Below the pieces are notes generated by a model. That model was not told the DNA's origin and did no database searches. It saw nothing but the letters and a program-made list of their open reading frames with translations. The position numbers and the translations under genes are program-made. Shown in pieces: positions 14,801 through 28,576 of a stretch of DNA of 64,000 nucleotides (position 1 is its first letter; every line of letters starts with the position of its first letter). Origin of the DNA: Spongospora subterranea f. sp. subterranea (taxonomy: Eukaryota); NCBI GenBank assembly GCA_049724395.1, contig JAUGWO010000109.1:62001-126000 (forward strand), read 5' to 3'.

Positions 14801-16239
14801 AAAGGCCAATGAAAAGGTTAAGATTTGCCTTTCTTTGAATTTCCTGGGATGCTCATTTTTTATGTTCAGAAAACGGCTGCTCTTTCCGTCGTTTCACGCC
14901 AACTGTTTGCTAAATTCTGTGAACACTATTCATCTTGGAGCGCCGCTGTGTCTGCCCTTGCAGATTTGGACTGCTTATGTGCGATGGCAATCACCAGTGA
15001 AGGATGTGATGGTTTGTGCATTCGGTTTGAAAAATACCTCATTTGAATATCTTTTTTGTTCCGCCTTCAGGTGAAGCAATGTGCCGTCCAGAGTTCGTCG
15101 ATAGGTCTTGTGTGTCATATCGTAAAAATTTTCAAAATCTCAAACTGATTTTAGGGATTATGATGTGCCTGCAACTCTTGAATTACGCGCTGCGCGACAT
15201 CCGTCATTGACTGTTTTATCACGTGACCACGCTGGCTCATTCATTCCGAACGACACTGTTATTGCTGGTCCGTCCAATCCTGCATCGTTCATTCTTGTCA
15301 CGGTAGCCACACTTTACATTGATTCCCCCATGTACCGTAACATGGTTTCGATATAGGGCCCAAATATGGGTGGTAAAAGCACATTGTTACGGCAGACCTG
15401 CATTTGCGTTATTCTTTCCCAGTTGGGATGTTATGTTCCTGCTGAGTTGTGCCGTTTAACCCCAGTTGATCGCATTTTTACTCGGTATGCTTTCGAGGAT
15501 ATTATCGTTATAAGCGTTAATTTGTCATAGTGTTGGAGCGTGTGATCGTATTCTCACAGGACAATCAACGTTTTTCGTTGAACTTGAAGAAACATCCACT
15601 ATTCTTCGCCAAGCGACTCGCAATTCTCTTGTAATCTTAGATGAACTGGGTCGAGGTACGTGTTTGCTTCTGCTGTATCTTCGATAGCTCATATCTCTTA
15701 GGAACCTCAACCTTTGATGGAACGGCAATTGCTTATGCGGTTGCACATCATCTCAGCCATAAGGTATCTTCTTTCCGATATTGCGGCATGTTTGTGACGA
15801 CATATCATTTAGACACGATGTCGTGCTTTATTCGCCACACATTATCATCTCTTATTAGACGAATTCCGTAATGACACTGACGTGGCTACTTATCATATGT
15901 CTTCCCGACTTGATCCACAAACACAATCGCTAACATTTCTCTATAAGTTTATCCCAGGAATCTGCCCTGCTTCTTTTGGGGTTAATGTAGCGAAGGTTTG
16001 TTTTTTGTCATTGTGGTCAGCTCTCAATGTGTCATTAATGAATGATTTCGGGTCGCTGTTTTTAGATGGCCGGCCTACCTGAAGAAGTGATTATTCAAGC
16101 GGCATCTGTCACATCGCAATTCGAAATGTCCACAGCAAAATCTCGCCGAGCGTTGTTACGGCAGATGGTCCAGCGAAAAAATGTCAGCGAAATTCGCAGA
16201 TTGTGTTCAGATATGGAAATTGCGTCCATATGTGGTTGA
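11870..16239 (+). CDS. MSH6: DNA mismatch repair protein MSH6 (MutS family), ~20 short introns
   Basis: PIP-like [39 protein letters not shown]; Walker [37 protein letters not shown]. Confidence 0.95.
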
Positions 16240-16339
16240 TGTCCAATCATTGTCATACTTATTACAACTCTCCAATCTTGGTCAGATTCTTGAAATTGGC
16301 TGACTCTAGGAGTCGTTGAATATTGAAGCAATGTTTATT

Positions 16340-17388
<1,049 letters not shown>

Positions 17389-17890
17389 AATTTACCACGG
17401 CGGGTCGTCGGCAATCCCGCTAAAATGATTGTCCGTGGCCGTGGACTGCCTTACAACTTTACACAAAAACAGATTTCAAACCCGCGCTTCCGAGGAAAGT
17501 CGTGTGTCGCCTCAAAACATGATTTCACGCCACTCTTCTGCTTGTATGGATCCAATTCTCTCTTTGCGTTGTATTTTGGAAATTAACGGGACTGTGTTGT
17601 CTGTGAATTCGTTCATCGTCAAGGCAGTGTCGAAAGAACAACCATAACGACACGCGAAAGAGGTTCCCAGGTGACAGTTCGCGTGTGAAACATTGTTTTC
17701 GCGGAACCGGTTGAATTTGATGGCGATCTTTGGCGGACAGTTGGGACGTGGTTGTCTGATGACGGTGACGGGTACATATACTATATACACCAGATGTGAC
17801 ATAAAACCGCGACCCACTCCACAGTCGCCACTTGAGTTTAACCTGTCCAGTTTTTAGGGGAATTGGCCAATCGTGGTCTCGTCCATACCC

Positions 17891-18748
17891 ATGATGCTGG
17901 CGTCATTTCGCAGGGTTCGGCCGAGTCAGGTTGCGAAATGGGGACGATTTCTGTCCAGCGGGCCTGAGGGTGGACAATACAGATCCGTCGATACCAATTT
18001 TGAAACCACCAAAAAGGAAGCTATTTCCTCTGGGGCCCCGGTTTCCAACCGCACCATTAACTATTTAACCCTTGGAGGCGGCAGGTAAAATTTGCAATTC
18101 AATACGAAAACGGTTTCTTATTTGCCAAAATCAGGTTTTTATATGCATCAATGGGTCGCGTTGCCGTCATGAAATTCATCGCCAGCATGAGCGCAAGCGC
18201 TGACGTTCTTGCTCTCGCCTCGATTGAAGTTGATCTGGGCAAGATTCCAGAGGTTGCTTCATTGTTGCCTTCTCTCTAAAAGTGGCATCTGATCGGATCA
18301 ATAGGGTTCTACAGCCACTGTCAAATGGCGGGGAAAACCTGTTTTCATTCGGCACAGGACATCTTCAGATATCAGCCGAGCGGAAGCCGACGATACCGCC
18401 GAACTTCGAGATCCTGAACGCGATTCTGAGAGAGCGCAACGGCCAGAATGGTAAGTTGAAGTCGGGATTCGCTGTTCTGTAGCTCATCTTTATCAGGCTG
18501 ATCGTTTTGGGAGTTTGCACACATCTTGGTTGTGTCCCTATCTCGGATTCAGGGGACTATAAGGGGTGGTTTTGCCCTTGCCATGGTACCATTCACATAC
18601 GTGCAGATGATACGACTGCCAACTGATTTGTTCTCAACAAGGGTCTCACTATGACATTTCGGGGAGAATTCGAAAAGGCCCGGCACCGCTCAATCTTGAG
18701 ATTCCGACATATACGTTTACAGATGATAACAAAGTTATCATCGGATAA
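17891..18748 (+). CDS. UQCRFS1: Cytochrome bc1 Rieske iron-sulfur subunit
   Basis: [62 protein letters not shown] across five exons. Confidence 0.97.
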
Positions 18749-18872
18749 TTGTTTCGACAGACATTTGGATTCCGTTATCAAAATACAGTTATCAAGAGTC
18801 AAATTCGGTAAAATTACGCTAGCTGAAATAATTTTGACGCTAGGAAAAACAAGATTTTTGATCATTTAGAAA

Positions 18873-20903
18873 TTAACACACAGTAATGACTTTGAGTTGC
18901 GATGTAGTACCAGGCCTGCCTTCCATTGTACCGATCGTTGCCACAATAATGTCGCCTTTTCTGCACATGCCTAACTTCTTGGCAACGCTGATGACTCGGG
19001 AAATAAGTGAATCGCTGCCGCTCATTGCGCCGACCAAGAGTGGCATCAAACCACGCGACAGAAGGGCTTGCCGAGCAGTTTGTTCATTAGCGGTGATGCA
19101 TAAGCATGGGACATTCGGACGATATTTTGAAACGAATCGGGAAGTGGTACCAGATTCGGTCAAAACCACTAACAACGACGCTTTCAGATCCAACGCCGTT
19201 TTAACTGCAGATGACGATATGGCTTCCGGAATACTAACGGGTTTTGAAACTGAAGACCGGATAGCATTGAACGTCTCCAGGTTGTCAACATTTTCTTCAG
19301 CTTCCCTAACAATGATAGCCATCATCTTCAACAGATAACTATCAGCGCAACACGATTTTCAGTAAAAATGTTTTGAATACCTTAAGTGCAGCGATTGGGT
19401 ACTATTGAGAAAAATGTTCAAAAAGGGATAAAAATATGCGAAAACTGACTCCTCACTTTTCCTTTGGCGGTTTCACCAGAAAGCATAACACAGTCTGTTC
19501 CATCAAAAACTGCGTTGGCTACATCGCTAGTTTCGGCTCGAGTTGGGGACGGATTGCTAATCATCGAATCAAGCATTTGGGTAGCCGTAACTACATTCAA
19601 CGATATTATTGGGGATTTCACAGACAGTAACTACACTTGCGACATACCAACGAATTTTCCTGCAATATTGCACTTGCGAATCATCATCTTTTGAGCTAGG
19701 GCAACTTGCTCAATCGGGATTTCGACCCCCAAATCTCCACGGGCAACCATGATACCATCACTGACTGCTAGAATCTCGTCAAAATTGTCCATTCCTAAAT
19801 TTGATTGAGCAAGAAAACGCGACGTAATAGGGAGAAGAACACCTTCTTGATTCTCGATTTTGGATATAATTTTGATATTTTTCCCAGCTTCCCCAAGAAT
19901 TTTACGGATAGTTTCAACACATTCGGCATTTCGAACGAACGAGGCAGCAATGAAATCAACCCCCTGGGCAACACCGAATTCTATGTCAGCGACGTCTTTA
20001 GCGGTCACGGCTGGTAGATCAACAATGACTCCAGGAAGATTGACTCCCTGATAACAAATCAGAAAAGTAATTCCTATTTCGCAGCATCTTATTACTTTCG
20101 TCGAGCCCAACATTCCAGAATTTAATGCTTCACAGACAACGGTATCATCAGTGATAGATTTAACAATCATCGCAAGAAGTCCATCATCAATCATGATGCG
20201 ATTCCCAACACGCACCACTTTCGGAAGATTCGCATATTGAACAAACACCTGAGTGTTATCCCCTATACGGGATATTAAAACCAAAAAAATGGAATGAAAC
20301 AAACAGCCACCTTCAAATTCTTTCCCGCATTTCAATTTGAATTCCTGGCCTTTTTGAATAGAGACCTCACCTACGACCTTCCCGGTTCGGATCTCAGGTC
20401 CTGACGGGAAAAATTTAGCCGCAACGGCGAATAGGAATACTAATCTGAACCTTTCGTATCAAGCATAATGGCGCAAATTCGCTTGCTTGCTTCGGTGCTC
20501 TTGCGTAAATTGGCAATAACAGAAGCGTGATATTCATGGGTTCCATGTGAAAAATTCATCCTTATCACAAAATCACAGCTTCAGTGAGGACGATGAAAAA
20601 TAAGATAGGTTTGGGAAACCTGGCGCAGTTCATGCCTTCTTCGACTAAGGAAGTCATCATCTCTACAGAATTTGTCACTGGCCCAATAGTGCAGATAATT
20701 TTGGTTTGGGAGGGAAAGGGCTTTGAATCGACTAACGATCGCGATTCACGACGAAGATGGAACGGATCGGTTGAGGTCGAACCACCGATGGGCGATAACT
20801 TCGGGGACGCCATTGGAGAATACGTCGAGCGAGGCGATGCCCGCCGTGCCAGGAAATCCTCCTCTGGTATTGACAGGCTCATCTGGATCGGAGAGGAAGG
20901 CAT
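18873..20903 (-). CDS. PYK: Pyruvate kinase
   Basis: [89 protein letters not shown]. Confidence 0.97.
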
Positions 20904-21349
20904 CAAATCTTCAAGTTTGCTGAACGGTGCGACACACGACCGAGATAACAATGATAATTAACAAGTGGACCGAGTCCGTGAAATTGACGTGTGTAGACAC
21001 ACTGGGAGTCGGGGTAAGATACACATCATGTGGTGTAGCGTAATGCCGAGAATCCGCGACCGGAGGGGGCTGCACCTCCAGTCATCTTAGATACATATCA
21101 TGGCCGACCGCCTCTGCCTCTGGCGCTGTTTCCCAGGACTGAAATAATTCTCAATCATGGGCGAATGTTCACGTGGGCTTCATCTGCTTCTCGATAACGA
21201 GGGGATCCTACTTGAAAAAAGTTTGTCACACCTCGTGTCATATTCCAGTTTTTGTCGATTATAAGCCGCTAGAGTGTTTTTTTAATGGTTTCTTGGTGGT
21301 TACTGTGTTTGCATTGACATTTCCGTCGCGCTCTGCCAGATGCGATTTG

Positions 21350-22370
21350 TTATTTTGCAGCGCGTGACGCGTAGAATTTGAACGTGTTTGGAAGCAGATA
21401 AAAGAACAGCTCCGGATCGTCCATAGGAATCCCTAACGACAGAGCGACGTCATCTAAGTACATCTAGAAAACAAAACACCCGTTTAGCTCAGATCACGCC
21501 CAAGACAACACTTTACAGACGTGGCCCTACTCTGGAATATTCGACAATAACGACTTTACCTGCTGTCGTCTGAGATTGGCGACGATATTCTCCTCTGAAA
21601 AGAGTGGAACATGTAATCGTGAGCCAGCGAGTCGTTATTTGCTGTTGCTGGCCTGATGGCAACGCATGGTTCGGCGCGTTGTGGCCAGAATCCATTGCCG
21701 AAATGACAGACGCTTGGTCGGTCAACGGAAGGTATCGCCGCCAAGGCTGGGCATCGATATCCTAATGAACGAATCAGATACGGTTTCCAAACGGAGTAGA
21801 AATCGAATAACATGATCGGTATTACAAAAGGTGAGGCCAGTTCGTCCATCTGTTCCAATATACGCCACACATGTGTTTTGCCCAATCAGCCCGACATTAC
21901 AGTCCTCGTCGTCGTCCCAACATTCCGATACCTGATCGCAGTGCGTCAACATGGCGACAAGATCATTGGCAATGTTGTGCACGTACTGTGACAATGATGG
22001 GTTTCCCAAAGGCGGATTGGCGGTCAACCCCTATAATAGTCCAAAATCTCATGGCTAATCAAATGCAAACCCATGGCGAACAATACGATTCTTGATGAGC
22101 GATGCATTCCAATAGGAGGAAACGGGAATCACCTCGAACGAGATGGAGTTGAAAACAGGCTCCATGAACACCTATAATTGATCGCGATCTAAATGGGGTC
22201 CAGAACCAGAGCAGGCGCAGGCGTACAGATACGACTCGGAACCGCTCCAGAATGGTCAGGGCGATATCCAGCCGGGATTGCTGTCTGAGATGGGAGAACG
22301 CCCCGCTTTTGATGGCGTCCAGTACGTCATTGAGATAGTCTTGCCGGAGATGGTGGTAGAGCGCTTCCAT
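21350..22370 (-). CDS. Hypothetical protein (multi-exon)
   Basis: Consecutive minus-strand reading frames joined by short GT-AG introns (MEALYHHLRQDYLNDVLDAIKSG..., ...LEQMDELASPFVIPIMLFDFYSVWKPYL...); family not recognised. Confidence 0.5.
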
Positions 22371-22494
22371 GGGAATCGGATGCCCAACGGTACCCGTTCA
22401 ACTAGTGACCCGATCTAAACAACAGCTGAACCGAAGTGATGAACACCTCCCAAGATCGAAGATGGTTGCGATCAGATTAAATCAGTTTCGTTTA

Positions 22495-23121
22495 TCAGCA
22501 TATATGATCTTGAGCAAATTCGCGAATCGCTGATAAAGCAGATTGGTCACATTCTTCCTGAGGACGTTTAGATCTTTTGGGAACCGTTAGAGAGTGATCG
22601 CCGCCGTCGAAGATATGAATCGTGGTCAGATTATGGAGCTGATTGCAGAGCAATTTGAGCTGAGAGACGGGGCACATACGATCCCGGGTCCCCTGAATAA
22701 ACAATATGGGCGTTTTGGTTTCCCTGAGGATCTGGTCCCTGATCTTGCCCTTCCCTGCCACCAGCGGGTATGAGAAGCAGATGATGGCGGCGGCGTCAAC
22801 TCTGGGATCGGCCGCGGCGTGGCAAGCGACTCTCGATCCCATCGACCTGCCCGCCATGATGATTTGGGCGTCGCGGTATATGGAGCGCGTCGTCATGAAC
22901 TCTTGAACGTGCTGCTCGACCAGATTGTGTAGGGCAGGAGGAGGTCGTTTGGTTGGCGCCATCATGTAATCGTAATCAAATGGACGGACCAAACCGATTT
23001 CGCCCAGTAGGCGAATCCATTTCTGACAATGGTGGGTTTTGATCCCAGCGCCGGCGCCATGGCTGAACAGGAACACGATGGGGTTCGGGCCGAGACTCGG
23101 CGAGCTGGTCGTGCAACTCAT
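22495..23121 (-). CDS. Alpha/beta hydrolase, TEX30/KANSL3-like
   Basis: Intronless 208 aa; HGAG, nucleophile elbow GRSMGSR, QGTRD and GGDH catalytic triad motifs. Confidence 0.85.
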   Translation of the reverse strand: MSCTTSSPSLGPNPIVFLFSHGAGAGIKTHHCQKWIRLLGEIGLVRPFDYDYMMAPTKRPPPALHNLVEQHVQEFMTTRSIYRDAQIIMAGRSMGSRVACHAAADPRVDAAAIICFSYPLVAGKGKIRDQILRETKTPILFIQGTRDRMCPVSQLKLLCNQLHNLTTIHIFDGGDHSLTVPKRSKRPQEECDQSALSAIREFAQDHIC

Positions 23122-23352
23122 GCCTATGGATAGGGATGATGAGTTTGATCCGGCCCAAGTGAGGCGTCAACGCCAGGTCAAAAGGGTAGCTCCGAGTGCC
23201 GCGTCAGCTATTTCTGGAACCGCTAACAACGCCTTTCAACGCATTCCCTAAACCATTCCGTGATCATAATATCTACAGTTGGTCGGTGAATCGTCACCAC
23301 TCAATTCTGTACATATCAATACATTTGTTATAGAAGAATCTGAAATTGGTTT

Positions 23353-26300
23353 TTATAGGGCTTCGGTATCAGGTTTGCTAGTTGCCAATCTTTCCAGTGC
23401 TGCAGCGGCTTTGTCTTGTTGTCTTTGTTTATCTTTCAGAGACATAGATGGGACATTAAATGCCCTTTCCAAAGCAGAGAGGAAATTCCTCATTGGTAAG
23501 TAAGTCAGGACCAAGCTGATTGCCGAGGTCAGCATTTCTACAGCCATGATGCACAGCTGGACAACAAGTTGATTCTCGATTAACTTGGTCCACGCCGTTT
23601 GGTTGACGCCTCTGATAATATATGCATGGAATACCCAATCGTTGAAAGTTGTTTCATCACTGCTAACTACAGGCACAACGGACGCTGTCATTGACATGCC
23701 CTGAATGGGAACGTCTTGCTCCACATAAATTCCTTCGCTAGAAAACGAGCTAGCCATTCCACGACTCAGTATACCCTGGTCATTTAGATTTGTTCCATAT
23801 TGATCGCCACTAGTAGACTAATATTGATATCAGCAAATATAGACCGATTCAATTTGCCTTGTGCTTACAGCGGATACGGACGACAGCAACTTGAAAGACC
23901 GCCCGCGCTTATCCCATGCATACATGCCTGGGCCAATTTATTCAGACTTACACTTCAGAAATCATGTTTTTGATCTGTCTCACCGAAATATCCATAGCGA
24001 AATGCCTCGAGTGCAGGATCCCAAATGTCCAGTTTTCCGTTGGCAGCATCTCCTGCCACTAAAACCCCCGCAAATCCCGAATGACCAATTGTTCCACCTA
24101 GATCTGATTAATATTCAACTGAGAGATTGATGTGATGACGAAAGTGATTACCAATAAGGTCGGTAATTGAGGCGACAACCAATCGGATAACAACAGGAGC
24201 GTCGCTGAGTTTTGGTCCCAGCGGCGATGCGAGGAGTTGTGGACTGCTCTCCGCGAAACTATTGAACTGCGAATGTGTCCATAAATCAGTTGTAACCAGT
24301 GACGGGCTTGCTGATGTATTTGAGGAGTCTGCCAACGCTTGAACAATCGGTAATATCGGCATTGGACTGCCGACAGAATCTTGATAACTGCTTGCAATTA
24401 TTATGGATTCGCTGCAACAATAAACGGTGAGAACCGTGAAACGAGGTTGTATCAGGACATACCTGTTCACTATGGCAACGAATTCGACGTTAAAAATATT
24501 TGTAAGATCCTTCAGTTTGGTGTTGATTATGTCGTTACTCACACCACTTCTTGCTGCAGCCGCAACAAAATCAAACCCAGCCCAGCCATTTAAAAACTGC
24601 TCCATATTATGAGCCTTTGTTGACGTCAAATCGTGCATAAATAATCCCTACGAAAAGGGGCAACACACATATACTAAGGGATGGTAGACCGGAGATTTAG
24701 AGGAATTAATTCACCTCGGAACTAGCGGAAGTAAAATCAGCGACAGATGCCTGTATCAATGCGCGATTGATGAACACCAATCCCAATAAGATACTCTGGA
24801 CAAACAGCGCTTTCGAGAGAAAAGAGAAAAGGACAGCCTTGTTTGCTTTCAAGCGCCTGATGGTCTCATTAAACTCTTTCAGCCTATGCGAACCAAAACA
24901 TGACCCATACTCTATTTGCTATGAAACGATGGCAAACCTTTTCTGCTTGACAGACTCGATCAGTTTCTCCATTGGCGTAATCAGTTTAGCAACTAACAAT
25001 GAGTTAAAGCTTCCATTCAAAATAAGTGCTACCGTTTTACCTGTCATTTGCATCGTCACTATTCCCAATAGAAGCATAAATACTGCGAACGGTACGTGCC
25101 AAGCAATTGCGACGTTGACAGTATGATGAACAGCTGCATCCCGGATACCAAAAACGTAGACTCCAGCAACAGGTATCTCAGGGATATTTACAACCTGATC
25201 ACCGAGTTTCGACTCTGGGAGCGCTGCCACTGATATAACGAACCCGTCATCACCTAGAGTTGTGTGAACAGAATTACAGATCTGCAGGAAGTACTTTATC
25301 AAGGATTGCACCTAATGTAATTTGACTGGACATTGGTTGGCCCCCGTTTCCATATGCTGATTCGAGGAAACCCTGGTCAATATTTTGATGGACCAAAGGG
25401 AACTCTGGAGCATCATTTCCTGATTCCCGAACCAGATATGAATAAGCTGTTGCCCACGACCCACCAGGCTGCTTTGTTAGCACCGCAGTGAATCCTCCTT
25501 TGCTCTGGTTCGCTAATGACGAGAACGTATCATATATTCGAGGAGTGATTGCATCGCCTATCTATCGTTTGAATTTGCGAAATCGTCACGAAAATTCGAT
25601 ACCAACCTATAATGTGAAATCCTTGAATGGTGTTTGTCGCGCAAAATAGCGGAGATATGATGAATCTACATAGAGTCTTTTCCGGACGGCGATACGAATC
25701 AAGATTGAGGTTGATGTGATTATCACCTGTACCATACTCAGGAGCAGATACACTTGAAAACAGGCTCTCATCGACAAGTAAGCTTGTCATCAGCTACAGA
25801 TACTCTTCAGCAATCAACATGCCACAAACTATCGAAACTGCACCTGTTTCCCCGAGCTCGCGAACCTGGACATATATACATCGAGGATGCCACTTGGATT
25901 GAACAGTTGACCTCGCGCGCTTGTCGGGATCGCCCCTGCGACAACAGCCCCGGCGCGGTCTACCCCGAAGAAGAACTCGACGCGCCGGTTCTGCTGCTCG
26001 TTCGCCATCCGCACGTGCGCCTGCTCCTTATAGGCTTCATCACCGATCTGAATCGATTGACAAATGGCACTGGTGCTGATGTTCATAGCGTAGTTCAGCG
26101 CTCCCAATCGCTATACAGTGTAACACAAAACCACATGTGATCAGTCGTCGTGTCATCATATTCGTTACCGACTACAGAGAGTGACCGGGGGGTCGATCGC
26201 ATGGCTCATGGCCAACCCTCAACCCCGACCGGCCAGGATCGGCGGCTGCTGTGTCTGGCGCGTACCAGGTTCTCCAGTTTCTGGTTGTATTGGTAGCTCA

Positions 26301-26753
26301 TGAACGCCGACGTGTTGTCGACCTTGGTCTCGAGCGTGGCGAACAGGGACGACTGCAGGCTCAGGATCTGGACCAGGAGGGCGGCGGCCAGGATAATGTC
26401 AGCCGCCACGAAGACGCAGAAGGTTTGCCGCTTGACGCGAACGAGTTTGTTCGACTGTGACTTCTGTAGAACCTGGTCAAAACATCTAGACCCCCCCATT
26501 GCTTCACAAACGTCACCTTCTCCTTCTTCGTTTTCCCTGAAGATTTGTTTGACGACGCGGGCTGATTCGTCGGGTCATTCGTAAGTTTCGACTCCTTCGT
26601 ATCTTTCTCCCTCGTGTTCGCATCTCTGCCTTCCACGCTTGTTCTTTTCGACAAGTTCGCCATCATCTCCCGTTTCGACGAATCCTGCGTGGGCGCCGTA
26701 TTCGCATCACGTTCCAACGATTTCCGCGGTCCCTGCTGGAAAAACGAGAACAT
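23353..26753 (-). CDS. Large multi-pass membrane protein with two TM-extracellular domain-TM modules (hypothetical sensor)
   Basis: Multi-exon frame with four hydrophobic helices bracketing two long soluble domains; start uncertain. Confidence 0.55.
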
Positions 26754-27078
26754 AGCTCAGACACTGTGTTGTTGGTTAAATCTGACCAGTACAGTTATAC
26801 CACGAAAATCGATTTATGATCAGCAGTTGGACCTCCAATCGATCTAAAGCGGTACCTGTAGTACGGTCGATGTGCTGAAAGGAAAAATTATTGAAAGGTA
26901 CGCCCTCGTACACATGATAAGATCGATTCGCAACATAAGACATCCAAGTTCATCCCAAAAAAAACACATCAGGAAGAAGTTCAAGACGAAACCAACATGA
27001 CAATATAAGAAACACATATGATTAAAACCAACATTGAAGATTCTGATAATTCGCAGAGACCAACGTGCGAGAATACGT

Positions 27079-27608
27079 TTATTGACTGGGTTTCTGATTG
27101 AACTGCTCTGGAGGTTGGTCCCGAAATTTCCAGACGTGTTTCTTGGTGTTGGCGCCCCTTTCTGGGTAGTGCTGTTCCAGATACTGTTTGGCGTTGTCGT
27201 AGGTCGACAGTTTCATTTTCATGCACGTCGTGAGGTCGCGAAACTGGTCGATGCACGACGACGTTCGCCCATCGACATAGAGCTGCTTTAGCTGATAACT
27301 AGGGGCTGTATTTTGATCCCGGTCAACACACAGAGCGCCATTGGTCAATGCAAGACGCACATCACGTACTGTAGCAGCTCCATAGCGCGTCCAACGCCCT
27401 GAGGCAGTTCAGGCGGTGCGGGTCGTTGGACGGGTTCCAATCCCACGACATCGTTTCGTTCGATGATGAATCCACCGGTGAGGGCCGTCGGCAGACCACG
27501 GCCCCCGCGAGATCGAGACCAAGGGGGGCCGCAGTTCCAGCGACATGATGAGGTCGTGATGTTCCAGGGACCGATCATATTCCCAGGACATCTACTCGTC
27601 GTATTCAT
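27079..27608 (-). CDS. DUF3128 / EMI1-like (C22orf39-like) small protein
   Basis: YVMC|..APSYQLKQLYVDGRTSSCIDQFRDLTTCMKMK...HVWKFR Cys/Trp pattern of the family; start uncertain. Confidence 0.6.
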
Positions 27609-28010
27609 GGTTCTAATCCAAACCGCGACAACATTGGCTGATCATCTGAGAAAGAGGAGATACCAGAACCCTTTCCAAACTAGACCATGGTTGAGCAGAT
27701 GATGACCCCAAACATGTGTCTCCACTCGTCATGGGCCTCTGATATGTTCGAGCGAGAACATAACCGATGATATGTTTCGATTGCGTCGAAAGGCAGCAAT
27801 GATTTGCACGCCCGATTCTTTAGTCCACGGGTGATCATTGAGGCGTCGGATCAGTTCTTTGGCCAGAAGAGGTTGCAAATTCCGAGATGAATGATATCAC
27901 GACTCCAATTGATATTGTCTTTGGGGCTAGAAGTAATCGAATGAAGCGCCAGCAGCAACCAAGATGATGACGATTGTATTGAAAGAACTGTTGTTCAGGT
28001 TCATACTTCT

Positions 28011-28515
28011 TCACCACAAAATGTTGTTGCGGGTACTTTTGATGAGTTCTTGCAGTTCTGGAGACAATTGCTCCTTATGCCAAAGATCGTTCAAATCCAA
28101 AGATAGACCAAATCACGAGCATATGAACGACCGTTTTTGGCACTCACCTGCCGAACAGATTCGGCCGCTTTTCCCTTGAAATCCACCGCACCCTCGTGCA
28201 CACTAAACAGGTATACACACTAATTAAGGTAATCAGTCTAGGTATCCTTTCATAGTTTGATTCGGCTGCTTCTGGTGGTGGATGACTTGCAGAAATAAGT
28301 TCGCCGCCGGAAGCAGCCGAATCAAACTATGAAAGAATCAAAATGGTAGAACTATACCATGACTTAAGGCTACACAAAGCTACCGCACCCAGGTTTTGGT
28401 TGCCAACCGAACCCCGACTCGTGTAACGCTATTTCAGCCAGTCCCAGGGGGTACCGCTCTACCATTGACGGGGGTCTGGTAGTAACGTGTTTTTGGCCAA
28501 CTCTCCCTGGGCCAT
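28011..28515 (-). CDS. Possible small multi-exon hypothetical gene hosting the hairpin in an intron
   Basis: Splice-like GTATAG (28357) ... TTTAG (28203) and GTGAG ... TAAG pairs link exons reading ...VHEGAVDFKGKAAESVRQ|EQLSPELQELIKSTRNNILW-stop; the frame of the upstream exons is uncertain. Confidence 0.3.
28247..28335. ncRNA. 89-nt fold-back hairpin (pre-miRNA-like or tiny MITE)
   Basis: Perfect 26-bp inverted repeat CTTTCATAGTTTGATTCGGCTGCTTC / GAAGCAGCCGAATCAAACTATGAAAG, extended inward by 10 pairs that include G:U on the + strand. Confidence 0.45.
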
Positions 28516-28576
28516 AGTTCTCATACCCGCCCGTCTTCTACCGCCTGATCGGATCCAGGCCGGCCAACGACCTGGG

